DNA of 64,000 nt from Selaginella moellendorffii (Eukaryota > Plantae > Lycopodiophyta): positions 1 to 64,000 of the forward strand of contig NW_003314317.1 in assembly GCF_000143415.4 (NCBI RefSeq), written 5' to 3'. Shown here in pieces: positions 1-12,341 of this stretch (the stretch's first letter is position 1; the number at the start of each line of letters is the position of its first letter). The notes under the pieces were generated by a model, which saw only the letters and a list, made by a program, of their open reading frames with translations, made no database searches and was not told where the DNA came from. A program made the position numbers and the translations under genes.

Positions 1-30
1 TACATATATGTATATATACATACATATATG

Positions 31-61
<31 letters not shown>

Positions 62-207
62 ATACATATATACATATACATATACATATATACATATATA
101 CATATATACATATATACATATATATATATACATATACATATATACATATATACATATATACATATATACATATATATATATACATATATACATACATATA
201 TATATAT
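1..207. repeat. Compound (TA)n/(TACATA)n microsatellite
   Basis: Direct reading; it explains the spurious YI/HI-repeat ORFs. Confidence 0.97.
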
Positions 208-1263
208 TTAAAATTGATGATGTTGTTATTATTAGTTAATATTTTACATGAGGAATCTTGTGGTAAAATAAAAATGTTTATTAAATATTTTATCTAGGAA
301 ATTAGTCATAAAACACCTTTTGATATATTTTAGTTGTGAACATTTAATTTTACATAAAATAGTTCATATTTAATATTTTATGTTATTATTTATTTAAAGT
401 TTAATAGTAGTGATCAATATAATTATTTAACTTTAACATATTTTATTTTAAAAAATTATTTTGAAGTGGATCACATTGAAATAAATATTTCATCCTCAAC
501 TGCAATTAAAAATATAAAAGGGATGTGGCATTATATTTTGGTAAATGGTTTCCAAGTGTGGGTACAATAGAAGTATATTCCACAACTAATAATAATTGAA
601 TATAAAAATTCAATTAAATTTTTTATTTAATTAGAATAACACTTATTTTTAAAATCTTTTAACTTTAATTGATGGTTAGAGAACTTAGTGACCATAAAAA
701 ATTGTTAATATTAAATAAGGAACATTCTAATGTTAATAGTGCCCAACTGAAAGCATGAGACTACAATAAAATAGATGTAAATTAATTTCCTTTATCACTA
801 TTATCCTTAAAACACAAGAAGTTCTCTAACTAATTTACCTTTCCTCTTAAGTTCTGCTGGGAGAACTTCTTCATGTTGAAGCATTAAGTTCCTCCAGTAT
901 TTTAAACTCTCTACAAATTCATAGATGCAAATTGGCTATAGAGGAGAGGCACTGTTGAATCTTGTGTGGGTAGTTGTGGTGGTGGCTGTTTAGATGTTTC
1001 TCCAGGTCTCTCAGCATTGAATGGGCCACTTGAAAAGGAAAGAGCTTTCTCATCGACATAAAAAAACATTGGTTTATGGAGCACGGCACGTCATTCCAAG
1101 ATCATGATGATCATGGGTCGATCATGGGTCGATCACAAACGCATGGGCGCCAGCACAGCCATCGGATCGAATCGAACGGCTAAGTCGAGGCTGCCGTTGA
1201 TTCCGTCAATTTGGAGCGGGAAAAATGCCAGTGTAGGGCTTCTATAGGCGATGCCAGGCGGCG

Positions 1264-2874
1264 ATGGCGGCCTTCCACAAGGCCATGATCTGCCGGATTT
1301 GGATCGTGCTGCTCGTCACTCTTCTCTGGATCGGCCTCTGGTACAGCAGAATCTCTCCGGCGACCTCGGATTTGGCAGCGCACAGGAAGGATCTTCACAG
1401 GTTTGGAGGAAATTTGGCCCGGAATTCGTCCTTCTCGAAGTTCTGGGAGGTGGAAGACGACCAGCTTACTGCCGATCTCATCCACGAGGTTGTGGAGGAG
1501 CTCGAGAAGATTAGGGATGGGACTCCTGGTGGTGTGGTCGCGGCTGATCGCAAGGAGCCTTGCGATGAGCGCCGGGATTTAGCAAGGGAACGGGGCTTTC
1601 GACGGATTGGAGAGACGCTTCACGCCTTTGTCCTCTCCAGTGTGGCGAGATTTTCTCTGGAAGAATTCACCGCGGTGGGATTGGTTTCTATCCAACTGAG
1701 AGGCTTTGCCGGTAATCCATTGCAGTCTTGTGCTTGGGTTCCAAAGGCTGGATCCAGTTCTGTCGCGGCTGCTCTGGCGGCTTCCAACGATTCTTCGGTG
1801 ATTTGGGGGATCTCTTGGCTGGGGTACGTGAATGAAAGCCACACGGAGAAGATCTTCTACGATGTGGGCGTGGTGAAATGCTCGTTCGAGGAGCCAGTAG
1901 GGGCAAATGGAGAAGGCGGGTTTCTAGTGCTCAACATGACAAGAAACTCATCACCGCCACCTCTTGTGGATCACTCAGGGATCATCGAGCAAAGTTACGT
2001 GCCTGTTTTTCAAGAGCTTCCGGAAGAGATCTCCTCGATCCAATTCGAAGGGCCGTTTCGATTCGACTATGCCTACTGCTCGCCTCTGCTGACACCGAGC
2101 AAGAACGTATCGGCCAAGTACGTGAAAGAGTGGCTCATGTATCACCAAGGCCTGTGGAGCGAGAGTCACGTCCACTACTTCTTCTACGACGCCGGTGGGA
2201 TCGATTCGAGGCTGCTGGAAGTCTTCCAGCCGCTGATGGAGAAGAAGTTTCTCACAGTGGTAGACATGAGAGAATTGGTACTGTTCGAGTCTGCCGGTGA
2301 CGGTCACCAGCTTGTGATCAACGATTGCCTCCAGCGAAGCCGGTTTCTAGCGACCTGGGCATTCTTCTGGGACTTGGACGAGTACCTCCAGCTCGTAAAT
2401 TCCACATCGATGGCAGCTTTGCTCAGGAGCTACGAGAGTTCTCCGTGGATATCTCTAGCAAACTTGGTGTGGAGCAGGACTTACTGCAAGGAAACGAGCG
2501 CGGAGGACGAGTGGGCCGTGGAGAGGATGCGTTTCAGGCTGCGGTACCCGACTTGCGGGGACGAGCAAAGGGCCGAGACTTGCCACGGCGTGGAGGGGCA
2601 CAGGAAGTGGATCGCCAACCCGCGCAAGGTGCTCGTCGCGTCCATCCACCGGACTGTGGAGCCCGAGTGGAACGGCGAGATCCTGCGAGCCTCCATCGCC
2701 AGGCTCAACCAGTTCCACGGCCTGGCCGCGGAGGGCAGCGCGAATTCCAGCTGCTGGATCGTGAAGAAGCTCGACCAGGTGAACGAGTCGATCCTGGTGG
2801 ACGAATGGTGGCTCAAAGACGAGAGTTTTGCAGTGGCCGCCATGGAGCAGCATCGCAAGGCCATGACCCGTTGA
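1264..2874 (+). CDS. Glycosyltransferase family 92 (GALS/DUF23-like), type II membrane protein, intronless
   Basis: 536-aa ORF with N-terminal TM; motifs FDYAYC, KEWLMYH, YFFYDAGG, QLVINDCL, FFWDLDEY (DxD) and GHRKWIANPR typical of GT92. Confidence 0.85.
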   Translation: MAAFHKAMICRIWIVLLVTLLWIGLWYSRISPATSDLAAHRKDLHRFGGNLARNSSFSKFWEVEDDQLTADLIHEVVEELEKIRDGTPGGVVAADRKEPCDERRDLARERGFRRIGETLHAFVLSSVARFSLEEFTAVGLVSIQLRGFAGNPLQSCAWVPKAGSSSVAAALAASNDSSVIWGISWLGYVNESHTEKIFYDVGVVKCSFEEPVGANGEGGFLVLNMTRNSSPPPLVDHSGIIEQSYVPVFQELPEEISSIQFEGPFRFDYAYCSPLLTPSKNVSAKYVKEWLMYHQGLWSESHVHYFFYDAGGIDSRLLEVFQPLMEKKFLTVVDMRELVLFESAGDGHQLVINDCLQRSRFLATWAFFWDLDEYLQLVNSTSMAALLRSYESSPWISLANLVWSRTYCKETSAEDEWAVERMRFRLRYPTCGDEQRAETCHGVEGHRKWIANPRKVLVASIHRTVEPEWNGEILRASIARLNQFHGLAAEGSANSSCWIVKKLDQVNESILVDEWWLKDESFAVAAMEQHRKAMTR

Positions 2875-3640
2875 CTTTAGGCACGTTGACCTTATCCAGT
2901 CAACGACAAATGTTGACTTCATGTCAGAACCTGCTTTAGACCTAAAAGTTGACTTGGTCAAAGACCTAAAAGGTGACCTAAAAAAGTGCCACGTAGACTT
3001 TCCTTGATCATATAGAAACGAGGAATATCTTATCGCTTCACCCGTATGGTATGCCCTCCCTGGCATGGCCGGAAGCAAAAAACCAAAATGGCGTGCTACT
3101 TGCTCTTGGTTGCGTGACACACCAAAAATAAAAAATAAAAAAAGGCCTGGTTTGAGAGATTGAGATTTTGATAACGTCCTTCCATGCAGTGGATTTTTAT
3201 ATTGTTTTCCGGGGAAGGGAAAATAAAGCTGCTAGTCTCTTTTGTCGTGGCCTTTCCCAAATCACTGTGATGTTTTGGCCCTCCTCGAGAGAGGTGATCA
3301 TGCCATTGTTATCTAATGTATCTCAAGATTTTTCGCGAAAACAATGGTTTTGATATGAACAAGATGAGTAACAAAGATCGCATCTGGAAGCACTGACATA
3401 TAAATGTAGGAGACGAAAGGTACCAAACAGAGGCCATGCCTAGTTTAGCTAAAATGTGTCATAGTTTGTTAGAAGAGAGAATGTGTATAGCTAGTTAGCG
3501 AAGTATGGCGGGCCTGGCTTCTCCCAGCTTTTAAAATCAATGCTCTCATGGAATGGAGTGAAGTGGAGTGGAGAGCTTTATTTTAGGTCGTAGGAGGAGG
3601 AGGAGCTAGGAGAGAGCGCTAGAGAAGAGGCGAATCATCG

Positions 3641-6600
3641 ATGGAAGCCTTGAGCAAAAATGGTGGCCGGATGAATGAAGGAGCGCAGCAGCGCGGCGGC
3701 ATCGACATGTTAGGAATCCCGCGGCCGCAGCTCCCGCGCGACGCCAGGGGATCGCTGGAGGTGTTCCAGCCGCAGCAGCAAAGATCGGGCGAGAGGGATG
3801 CTGGCATCGCCATCGGCGTGGCGGATTCTCGAAATTTCGGCCGAAGCGGTCGCTATGGCGCCCAAGAACAGCAGGTTTTCGGCGGGAGGTCTGTGGAGAG
3901 CACGCTGGATTTGGCGACGACGAATGCCGGGTGGAGGAGATCGCCGTCTGGCTCGGGTTCCAAGAGTCCAGTTTGCGGCCATTTCCAAGGGGATTTTTCC
4001 TCCATCGCCAAGCCGCAGAACGATCGCGCTGCCGCCGAGCGTGCGGCGGAATGGGGGCTGGTTCTCAAGGCCGATGTCGGCTCCGGCAAGATCCAAGGCG
4101 TGGGGGTCCGGAATAACTCCGGGGACTCCAAAACTAGCGGGAGAAACTCTGGGAGGAGGACTTCGGAGGAGTCTTCCTCGGATGCTGGCAGCGAGGCCGC
4201 GCTTGGGGGTCGGCCTCACATTCCGAGAGTCTCGGAAGATTTGAAGGACGCGCTCTCATCGTTCCAGCAGACGTTCGTAGTGTGCGATGCGACCGACCCG
4301 GAGCTTCCAATTCTCTATGCGAGCGCTGGTTTTTTCAGCATGACGGGATACACTGCCAAGGAAGTGATCGGCCGAAACTGGTGTGGAAGTGCTACTTGTT
4401 GGTTTGATCTCACGTTTTTTTTGGTTTTCCAGTCGATTCTTGCAAGGTACCGAGACGGATCCAGCGGATGTTTCCAAAATCCGAGTGGCTTTGGAGCAAG
4501 GGAAGAGCTTCTGTGGACGGCTGCTAAACTACAAGAAGAATGGAACGCCATTTTGGAATCTCTTGACAATAGCTCCAATCAAAGACGAAGATGGCAAGGT
4601 TCTTAAGTACATCGGGTCAGTTTTCCTCTATTTTCCAATTCATTCCATACTCAGATTGAGTTTCACGTGTAGGATGCTGGTTGAGGTGAGCCAGTTTACA
4701 GAGGGATCTAAAGACAAAGCTGTTCGTCCGAATGGAATGCCAGAGTCTCTGATCAAGTACGATGGTGAGTTATCTTATATGTTCCAGCTTCATAAATATG
4801 GTTTTGTATAAAAAGATTTTTGCTGTCGCTGTTGATGTTCAAAAGCTCGACAGAAAGACAGCGTCGTGAGCTCGGTGTCTGAGCTCGTGGAGGTTTTCTC
4901 GACGTCGAAGACAGACCAATCCAACGACCACGATCGACGAGCTAGTGCTGGCAAGCTTACAGATGTTCCTGAGGCTAGTCCCGTGAAGGCGAGCAAGAGA
5001 ACTCGCAGGTCATCCAGCTTACTGTCCTTTTTGAGGTAAATTTCGTTTATTTTTTCCTGCTAGAGATACCGACTGAGTAGATGATGCCAGGCGACATGTG
5101 AGGGCTTCGGCTGAGATCGATCAATTGACGCTGAAGACTGCCGACAATGTCGACGACTTTCCTGAGGACTTTCAGAGAAAGAAGGAAATTCGAAGAGGCA
5201 TCGACCTGGCAACCACATTGGAGCGTATCGAAAAGAACTTTGTCATCACTGATCCCCGTCTCCCCGACAATCCAATCGTAAGATCTCAGCCTGTTTTGCG
5301 CCGATTCATATGCAATATTATTACAACCGCAGATTTTTGCATCCGATTCCTTTTTGGAGCTAACGGAGTACAGCCGAGAGGAAATTCTGGGAAAAAACTG
5401 CAGGTCAGGATCAATACTTGACAAGAGTGGTAAACTTTTGATTGAAAAATTACAGATTCTTACAAGGACCCGATACGAATCAGGAGACGGTGACTAGAAT
5501 TCGGTATGCCATTCGGGATCAGAGAAGCATCACTGTTCAACTTCTAAACTACACCAAACGGGGTATGCACCCTCTGTTCGTGAACGCTTCTCCTAATGTT
5601 CTTGTCAATTTAACAGGGAAGCCTTTCTGGAATTTATTTCACTTGCAACCCATGAGAGACAACAAGGTGCCCTTGTTTCTGCTGCAAACCATGTAGATAA
5701 GCTAATCTTGTATATGCATGCAGGGAGAGTTGCAGTACTTTATAGGAGTTCAGCTGGATGGAAGCCAGCATTTTGACAAAGTTCGCAAGGGGCTTCCTGA
5801 CAAGGTCGAGCACGAGGGCGTTCAAGTGGTAAGTGCCATATCACAAGCAGGATATTTTGTTCAGCGATCTTATGCTGCTGGTTTAGATCCAATCTGCAGC
5901 TGGCAACGTGGATACTGCAGTTCGTGAACTCCCAGATGCAAATCAGGTAAAGCTAGATAGAAGAATGATCACCAAGCTCTCATGTTCTGCTTAACGCTGT
6001 GTGTAGAATGTCTTTGAGATTTGGAGGAATTACTCAAAAAAAGTGTGTCCCAAGCCTCACAAGGTTCACAGTACTTCCTGGGCAGCCATAAACAAGGTGG
6101 AAGCTGTTCAATGAAACACTGACATTAATTTGCTTTTGACAGGTTGTAAAAAAAGATGGACTCTTGAACTTACAGCATTTTCGGCCAGTCAAAGCTCTTG
6201 GTTCTGGTGATACCGGAGGGTGAGTACTGTTTTAAACTGAATGTGCCAGCTTAATTTCTGTTTGGGGTTTGTAGTGTTCATTTAGTGGAGCTACGAGAAA
6301 CCGGCCAATTTTTTGCTATGAAAGCAATGGAGAAGTCGATTATGCTCAATCGAAACAAGGTAAATTAACTATCGACAGAATATATCAACTCCTGCTGTGA
6401 AATAGGTTCATAGAACACTCATGGAACGAGACATTTTGGACATGATGGATCACCCTTTTCTTCCAACTCTCTATGGATCGTTTGAGGTACACTTTAGATT
6501 TTAACATGATCATATAGTAAAATAATTCTGAAGTGTAGACTGAGGCACATGTATGCTTGATCACGGATTTCTGTCCAGGAGGCGAACTCTTTCTTCTTCT

Positions 6601-7695
6601 AGACAGGCAACCGTCAAAAACATTCAACGAGCCTACTGTTTGGTAACGATCTCTTGTTACTTTCCCATCTATTTGGAATTGCTTGAAGCTAACACGCAAC
6701 TTTGTCAAGTTTCTATGCAGCTGAAGTGGTTGTTGCTCTTGAGTATCTTCATTGCAGAGGTAACTTAGTTCTGTGCAGCTGACAAAAAAATTCAATCTCA
6801 TGGCCAGGTGTTGTTTACCGAGACCTTAAACCAGAGAACATACTTGTTCAAAGAAATGGCCATCTTTTGCTCACCGATTTCGATCTCTCATTTGTGAGCA
6901 ACCCGAGAGCTCAGGTGACTTCTACCAAATTATGTTCTGAACTAAACTTGGATTCTAGTGTCAGGTTATAAGACCACCCCCGCCTGCCTCTGAACGACGG
7001 AAGAGAAAGAAAGAAGCACCAGTTCCCCCTACGTTTGTCGCGGAGCCTGTTGCAAGATCAAATTCTTTCGTTGGCACGGAGGAATACATTGCTCCTGTAA
7101 GCAGATTTTTGAAAGTTGAGAAGTTTGTCATTTTTCTTTCTTTCTGTTTTGCAGGAAGTGATAAATGGTTCGGGCCACAGCAGTGCCGTGGATTGGTGGG
7201 CTCTTGGTAAGCCGACTGTCTCGCATAAAGCTCAAGCTTAACTCCTTCTCAGGAATTCTCTTGTATGAGATGCTCGTGGGATGGACTCCGTTCCGGGGTA
7301 AAAACAGACAGAAAACTTTTCACAACATTCTCCACAAAGAATTAAAATTTCCTAGCACTGTCCAGGTGACAATTTTCTTATCCTTTTATTTATATATTCT
7401 GATGGCATTGATGTCAACCAGGTTAGTCCTTCAGCAAAAGAACTAATCCATCGACTGCTGCAAAAGGACCCTTCGCAAAGGCTGGGCTCTTCAATGGGAG
7501 CGAACGAGATCAAACATCATCCTTTCTTCACTGGGGTGCGCTGGCCCCTTATTCGTTGCAAGGTAGCTAGTTCGGATTAAAGACTTTTCCTTACCCGGTT
7601 TACTGCAGAGCTGTCCGCGACTAGATGCTCCACTTACACTGACCGACGACTTTGTCAAAGGAACGTCTACGACAGACGCATTTGCTGTGTTTTAG
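3641..7695 (+). CDS. PHOT: Phototropin (LOV1-LOV2-AGC kinase), multi-exon
   Basis: [11 protein letters not shown]; spliced GRNCRFLQG and GKNCRFLQG; [27 protein letters not shown]; kinase [35 protein letters not shown]; TAG at 7693-7695. Confidence 0.97.
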
Positions 7696-7980
7696 ATCAT
7701 AACTTGTCGGTATGTCCTCTAACGAAAACGTCTGTGCATTAGATGCCACCTGCACGGAGAAGTTGTATGATAACAGTAGAGAGCCAATACGGTAATCTGC
7801 AATCGTTCTTCTTATTCTCCAGTTAAAAATTGAGGCTAAGTGGCAGGCACCATAGTGGGTTTGTCATGATGCGGTGTTGGTAGTGCTCGATGTAACATTT
7901 CCTAAAGCCAGGTTTGTGCTGTTCATCATATCGTTCTTCCTATAAGTGTGTCTAACTCGGTCCAACATTCAGAGATAACG

Positions 7981-9140
7981 ATGCTTCTTGCACGAGGCTT
8001 GTGCGTTTTAACAATCGCTCTTGTAGTTCTATGCGACGAGGGCCCTGCATTGAATTATTCTTACTATGCTAAGACATGTCCCCGGGCTGAATCCATTGTC
8101 AGCTCCAGCATCAGAACGTTTTTAAGGCGGGACAGGAGTGAAGTCGCGGGGCTGCTGCGAATAATTTTCCACGACTGTTTCGTTCAGGCAAGTTATTTGT
8201 TTGGTTTTCAAGTTGATTCAGGTAAATGCAAAAATCTTGCAGGGATGTGACGCGTCTGTTCTTCTCGTGGGCCTCAACGGCAAAGAGTCCGAGCAGCAGG
8301 CAGTTCCAAATCTAACTCTACGCCCAAAATCCTTGCAAGCGATCACCGACATCAAGGCACGTCTAGAAAAGGCTTGCCCCGGCACTGTCTCGTGCGCAGA
8401 TATAATCGCATTAGCCACCCGAGACGCTGTCAACCTGGTAAGCTTTCCAACGTCCTTGTTTATGCTCTTGGCTTGTAATTTCCTCTACTTAGGCTGGCGG
8501 CCCCTGGTTCCCTCTCCCCACCGGTCGCAAAGACAGCAAAAGCTTTGCAAGTGTGCAGGAGACCCTCAACAACTTGCCTCCACCGTCTTTCAACGCCTCT
8601 GAGCTGCTGGAGAGCTTCCAAAGCAAGGGGTTGAACGCTACTGATCTCGTCGCTCTGTCAGGTAAGTTTGCTCGAGAGTTTAAAAGAGCCACTCTAATGC
8701 ATTGAATCCAAACAGGTGCTCACACGGTCGGCAAAGCCCACTGCCCGACGTTCTCCGGCCGCTTGCGTCCATCGCTGGACCCCGACTTGGACATAAATTT
8801 CGCCCAAAAGCTGGCGGCGACTTGCCGGGAAGGCGACGACGACTTCGCGACCTCAAACTCCACGGATCTCGACAGCTCCACTCCAAACCGATTCGACAAC
8901 GCGTACTACAGGAACCTGTTGAGGAAGAAGGGGCTTCTCACCTCGGACCAGCAGCTGTTCGTGGACAATCGCACGAGCAGCCTGGTGGAAGCGTTCGCGT
9001 GCAGCCAGCGCTCCTTCTTCTCGCAGTTTGCGGCGTCGTTCGTCAAGCTCAGCAAGATCCAAGTGCTCACTGGGAGCGAGGGGGAGGTCCGGATCAATTG
9101 CTCCGTTGCCAATCCATCGCGAATGCTCTACGATGCTTGA
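7981..9140 (+). CDS. Class III secretory peroxidase, 4 exons
   Basis: Signal peptide; LLRIIFHDCFVQGCDASV, VSCADIIALA, ALSGAHTVG, TPNRFDNAYY, GEVRINC. Intron 1 is GC-AG (8188-8242). Confidence 0.96.
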
Positions 9141-9312
9141 AATCTACATTAAATTTTTGGTGGTGTATAGTTTTGGTGTATTTTTCAATGTATGTTTTTG
9201 ATTGACAGTGATTTTGTTTAAAGGTACTTTGATATATGGTGCGAAGAATGAGAATGCCAAAAAAAAGAGGGGATTTTTCATTCATTGATTCATATTATAA
9301 GCTTTTTCACTT

Positions 9313-9888
9313 TTAGTGGAGAGAGGTGGTGAAGGAAACAGTCTCCAGAGGGCTTCCGCAGTGGTACTGCCGGATGATATCGGCCAAAGAGAGAACAAGG
9401 CGGCTGTCCATGGGCTTCACCAAGGGATTTCTTTGCGGGACGAGCACGAAATCATACGTGTGGTTCCTCGCGCTCGAAGGACTCGGGTATGGGATGTTGT
9501 GGCTGGTGTTGGAAGGAGCAACGTAAGGCTCGAGAATGCTGGCCGTCACAGCTCCTGTGCAAAGCAGATTCAACATAGATCATGGAAGAACGTTCAAGAA
9601 CTTACCAGAGCTGCCGGCTGGAATGTTCGCAATCCAATAGTTGATGTAAGGATAGACCTTGGAGGGAGCTACCAGTGCTCGTTGGTCCGCCATCACCACC
9701 GAAAAGAGACGAGCGGTGCCATTCCCGCGGAAGCCTTGAATATCAATTGTGGGAGGTGAGTCAGTGCTGCTCAAGGGGATAAAATTGCCATTCGCCACAG
9801 TCATAGAGCCATACTGGACGAAAAGACCCACGGCGACATCCGCAAACAAACAGCACACAAGAGCAAAAGACGCCACGAAAGATGCCAT
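9313..9888 (-). CDS. Divergent secreted PEBP-fold protein, 174 aa; exons 9888-9606 and 9554-9313
   Basis: Spliced ORF is intact; N-terminal signal peptide; the order of motifs V.YG..V.NG, FSVVM.D, YINYWIANIP, HTYDFVLVPQ and Y.CGSP..V.F parallels FT/TFL1/MFT. Confidence 0.75.
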
Positions 9889-10601
9889 TGGAATTTGATG
9901 TACCTACAAGGATGGATCGCCCATCGTTTTTATACAATGCCATAATCTAAATTCGTGCCAGATTTCTAATAAAGGTTATAATCTTTGCAACTAAAATATC
10001 ATTTCGAATTATTTATTTCCAACGGCTCTCATTCTTTTAGATTAATTGTGTCAATGTGAAACATCTTTTCACTCTTAAGTATTGCATTTTCATTGTAAGT
10101 ATATTTGAAGCACTTTCACTCTAGATCTTCATCATATTTTATTGATGTTTCAGGCAAGTGTCTAGACTGAATCTCCACAAGTGTCCTGCAAGCTATCCGT
10201 GCCCAAGTAGCTCTCCCCCTCAAAGTAATCCTCGTGCCCTCCACCAAAAGTGTCCCTCCTCTTCGTCTTCTCGTCCAAGACCCTCCATCGTTCGTACCAA
10301 TCCCCTCCATGAAATCCCAAAACTCGCCTTTGATTCCTCCTACACTTCACATCTTTCCCAAGCTGGTTCATCCCTTCGTCCGTGACATCCTTGCAAACGT
10401 TCCATGACTTGCAAGTTATATCCTCCCAAGTACTCACGTCAATGGGCTTCTTGTCCAACACACATTTGTTAGTTCCAAAAACCGCTCACACTTTCCATCA
10501 CCTTTCCTAAACCCTAAACTTTCATGCACAAAAGGAGTGATTATTTCATTATTTTACCACACATACTGATCTTCGTTATTTACCATATATACAACATCTT
10601 T

Positions 10602-12233
10602 CTATGCTTCTAAAGCTGGTACGTCAAACAGGACGTGCATGGCCATGGCGGAGCTCAAGGTGAGCATCACCAGCATTCTTCCAGCCACGTCTTTGCAGGC
10701 TTCGCTAACCCATGCCCAGAATCTGGCAAGTCGCCCAGGTTTGCGCGTGATGTCGCCGCTCGGGTTCTCTCGTCCGCCATGGTCCTCCACCACCTCCGCC
10801 AAGTTGTAGCTCCTGGCGTCTCTCTCGCGCCTCGTGAGGCCCCGGAGCTGGAGGTTTCCCCGGAGATATGGCGAGAGGACTCCCAGGAACACGTCGAAGA
10901 AGGAATGGATCGCCTCCGACGTTACCGTCCCGGCGACGTCGATCAGGAGGTTCCTGTTGCTGGGAACCGCCAGCGTCCTGGAGATCCCGTCCACCCAGTT
11001 TGGCAGCACGTTGATCCTGGAGCTCCCGTGACTGCTCGTCACGAGTATCATGTTGGCCTGGCCTTCCAGTTCCTCCAAGGAGCTCGGAGCTGTTGTCTTG
11101 TAAGTTTTCCCGGAGGCTGCCAGGGAATCGCTCTCGCTAGCCGCTCCAAGGCCGTCATTGAAACAATCCACTGTCTTGACAAGCTCCTTCACAACCTCTT
11201 TCTTGAGATGCTCTTGGGCGCCGGCTTCTCCTGACCCGGACCTGGGAGGACTGGAGCTCAAAACTTCGTGCGAGGTTCTCACGAAGGTCTCCACTGCGCT
11301 GCTGCAAACTGAGCTAAAGAGATCCTTCACAGCAGCCTGGTGGCTCGGCTTGGTCACCCCAGCCACCACCTCTTCGTAAAAGTTCACGTCCTTGGTCTTC
11401 TCCAGGAAAACCGTCACGGCCGTGCCAACAAAAGCCTCGATGCAAGCCGCGACGAAGGACCTTCCTCGGTTGCTGGAGCACAGGTCGAGCAAAGTATCCG
11501 ACGCTTCAAATGGAATTGGCCGTTCTAATCCCTGTTCCGGAGGACAAACATCTGGAGCCAATCCTCTCGAGTCCCAGTCACTTCCCCTCGATCGGTTGTG
11601 CTGAATCTGTAAGCCTTCCAGCATAGAGAGAATCGTGTTTCTAGCCACTGAGCCGAGAACCGCCGAAGCAAATCCCTTGCCAGGATCGCTGAAGATTTTC
11701 TGGAGTACCCTCTCGGGGAGCCGCTCTTCTTGCTTGAGACTGGAACACTCCATGCTGCTATCGCATTCCTCACCACCATTCTGGAACTTTGCATTTCCAT
11801 CCCTGGACCGGCTACCTTTCTCGTGGCTTTGTCGTTCATTCCTTCTTCTAGAAACAGAGAATTCATCACTACCGGCATCCGCTATGCTTCTAACCAGCCC
11901 CCTTGAAACGCAGGAAGAAAAGGCCGTGAGAGCGTCCTGGAATTCTCTACAATTGGCGATCTTGAGGCCCTGTTTGAGGCTCCGGGGGACCTCGTCGTCG
12001 TCCGAGAGGAGGAAATTTCTAAGATCGCCAGCCACGAGCGAGGTGGAGTCGATTCCCATGGCAAACATCTCGATCATTTGCACAAGACTGTCGATCAGCG
12101 ATGCCACTCTCCTCCTCTTGCGCGTGACGAAGGACGATTTGTATACCTTGTAGGACGCGTAGCCGCCGACCCCGGCGGCGGCAGCGAGAAGGAGGATTCT
12201 CTTGCGGCGCCTGGCGGACAGCGCCATTTCCAT
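10602..12233 (-). CDS. PHLOEM PROTEIN 2-LIKE A10-like protein, intronless
   Basis: RRRKRILLLAAAAGVGGYASYKVY; DLRNFLLSDDDEVPRSLKQ; KGFASAVLGSVARN; CSSAVETFVRTSHEV; TLAVPSNR. Confidence 0.85.
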   Translation of the reverse strand: MEMALSARRRKRILLLAAAAGVGGYASYKVYKSSFVTRKRRRVASLIDSLVQMIEMFAMGIDSTSLVAGDLRNFLLSDDDEVPRSLKQGLKIANCREFQDALTAFSSCVSRGLVRSIADAGSDEFSVSRRRNERQSHEKGSRSRDGNAKFQNGGEECDSSMECSSLKQEERLPERVLQKIFSDPGKGFASAVLGSVARNTILSMLEGLQIQHNRSRGSDWDSRGLAPDVCPPEQGLERPIPFEASDTLLDLCSSNRGRSFVAACIEAFVGTAVTVFLEKTKDVNFYEEVVAGVTKPSHQAAVKDLFSSVCSSAVETFVRTSHEVLSSSPPRSGSGEAGAQEHLKKEVVKELVKTVDCFNDGLGAASESDSLAASGKTYKTTAPSSLEELEGQANMILVTSSHGSSRINVLPNWVDGISRTLAVPSNRNLLIDVAGTVTSEAIHSFFDVFLGVLSPYLRGNLQLRGLTRRERDARSYNLAEVVEDHGGRENPSGDITRKPGRLARFWAWVSEACKDVAGRMLVMLTLSSAMAMHVLFDVPALEA

Positions 12234-12341
12234 GGCTCCGCGAAACCCTAGCCCTCCGCCCTAGGTGTGGAAAAGAAAAAGTTTTAAAAGGCTCTCAAGG
12301 GGGAAAGGAATATCCTGTTCTAGAGGGAAAAGAGTGGCGCC

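Noticed and set aside
8-297. YI/HI-repeat ORFs here and at 60681-60982
   Set aside because: Translations of microsatellites.
3641-4250. Neochrome-like fusion at the phototropin N-terminus
   Set aside because: The N-terminus is an ordinary disordered phototropin leader with no phytochrome domains.
10116-10520. Short ORFs between the PEBP-like and PP2-A10-like genes
   Set aside because: No recognisable motif or consistent splice structure; possibly repeat debris.
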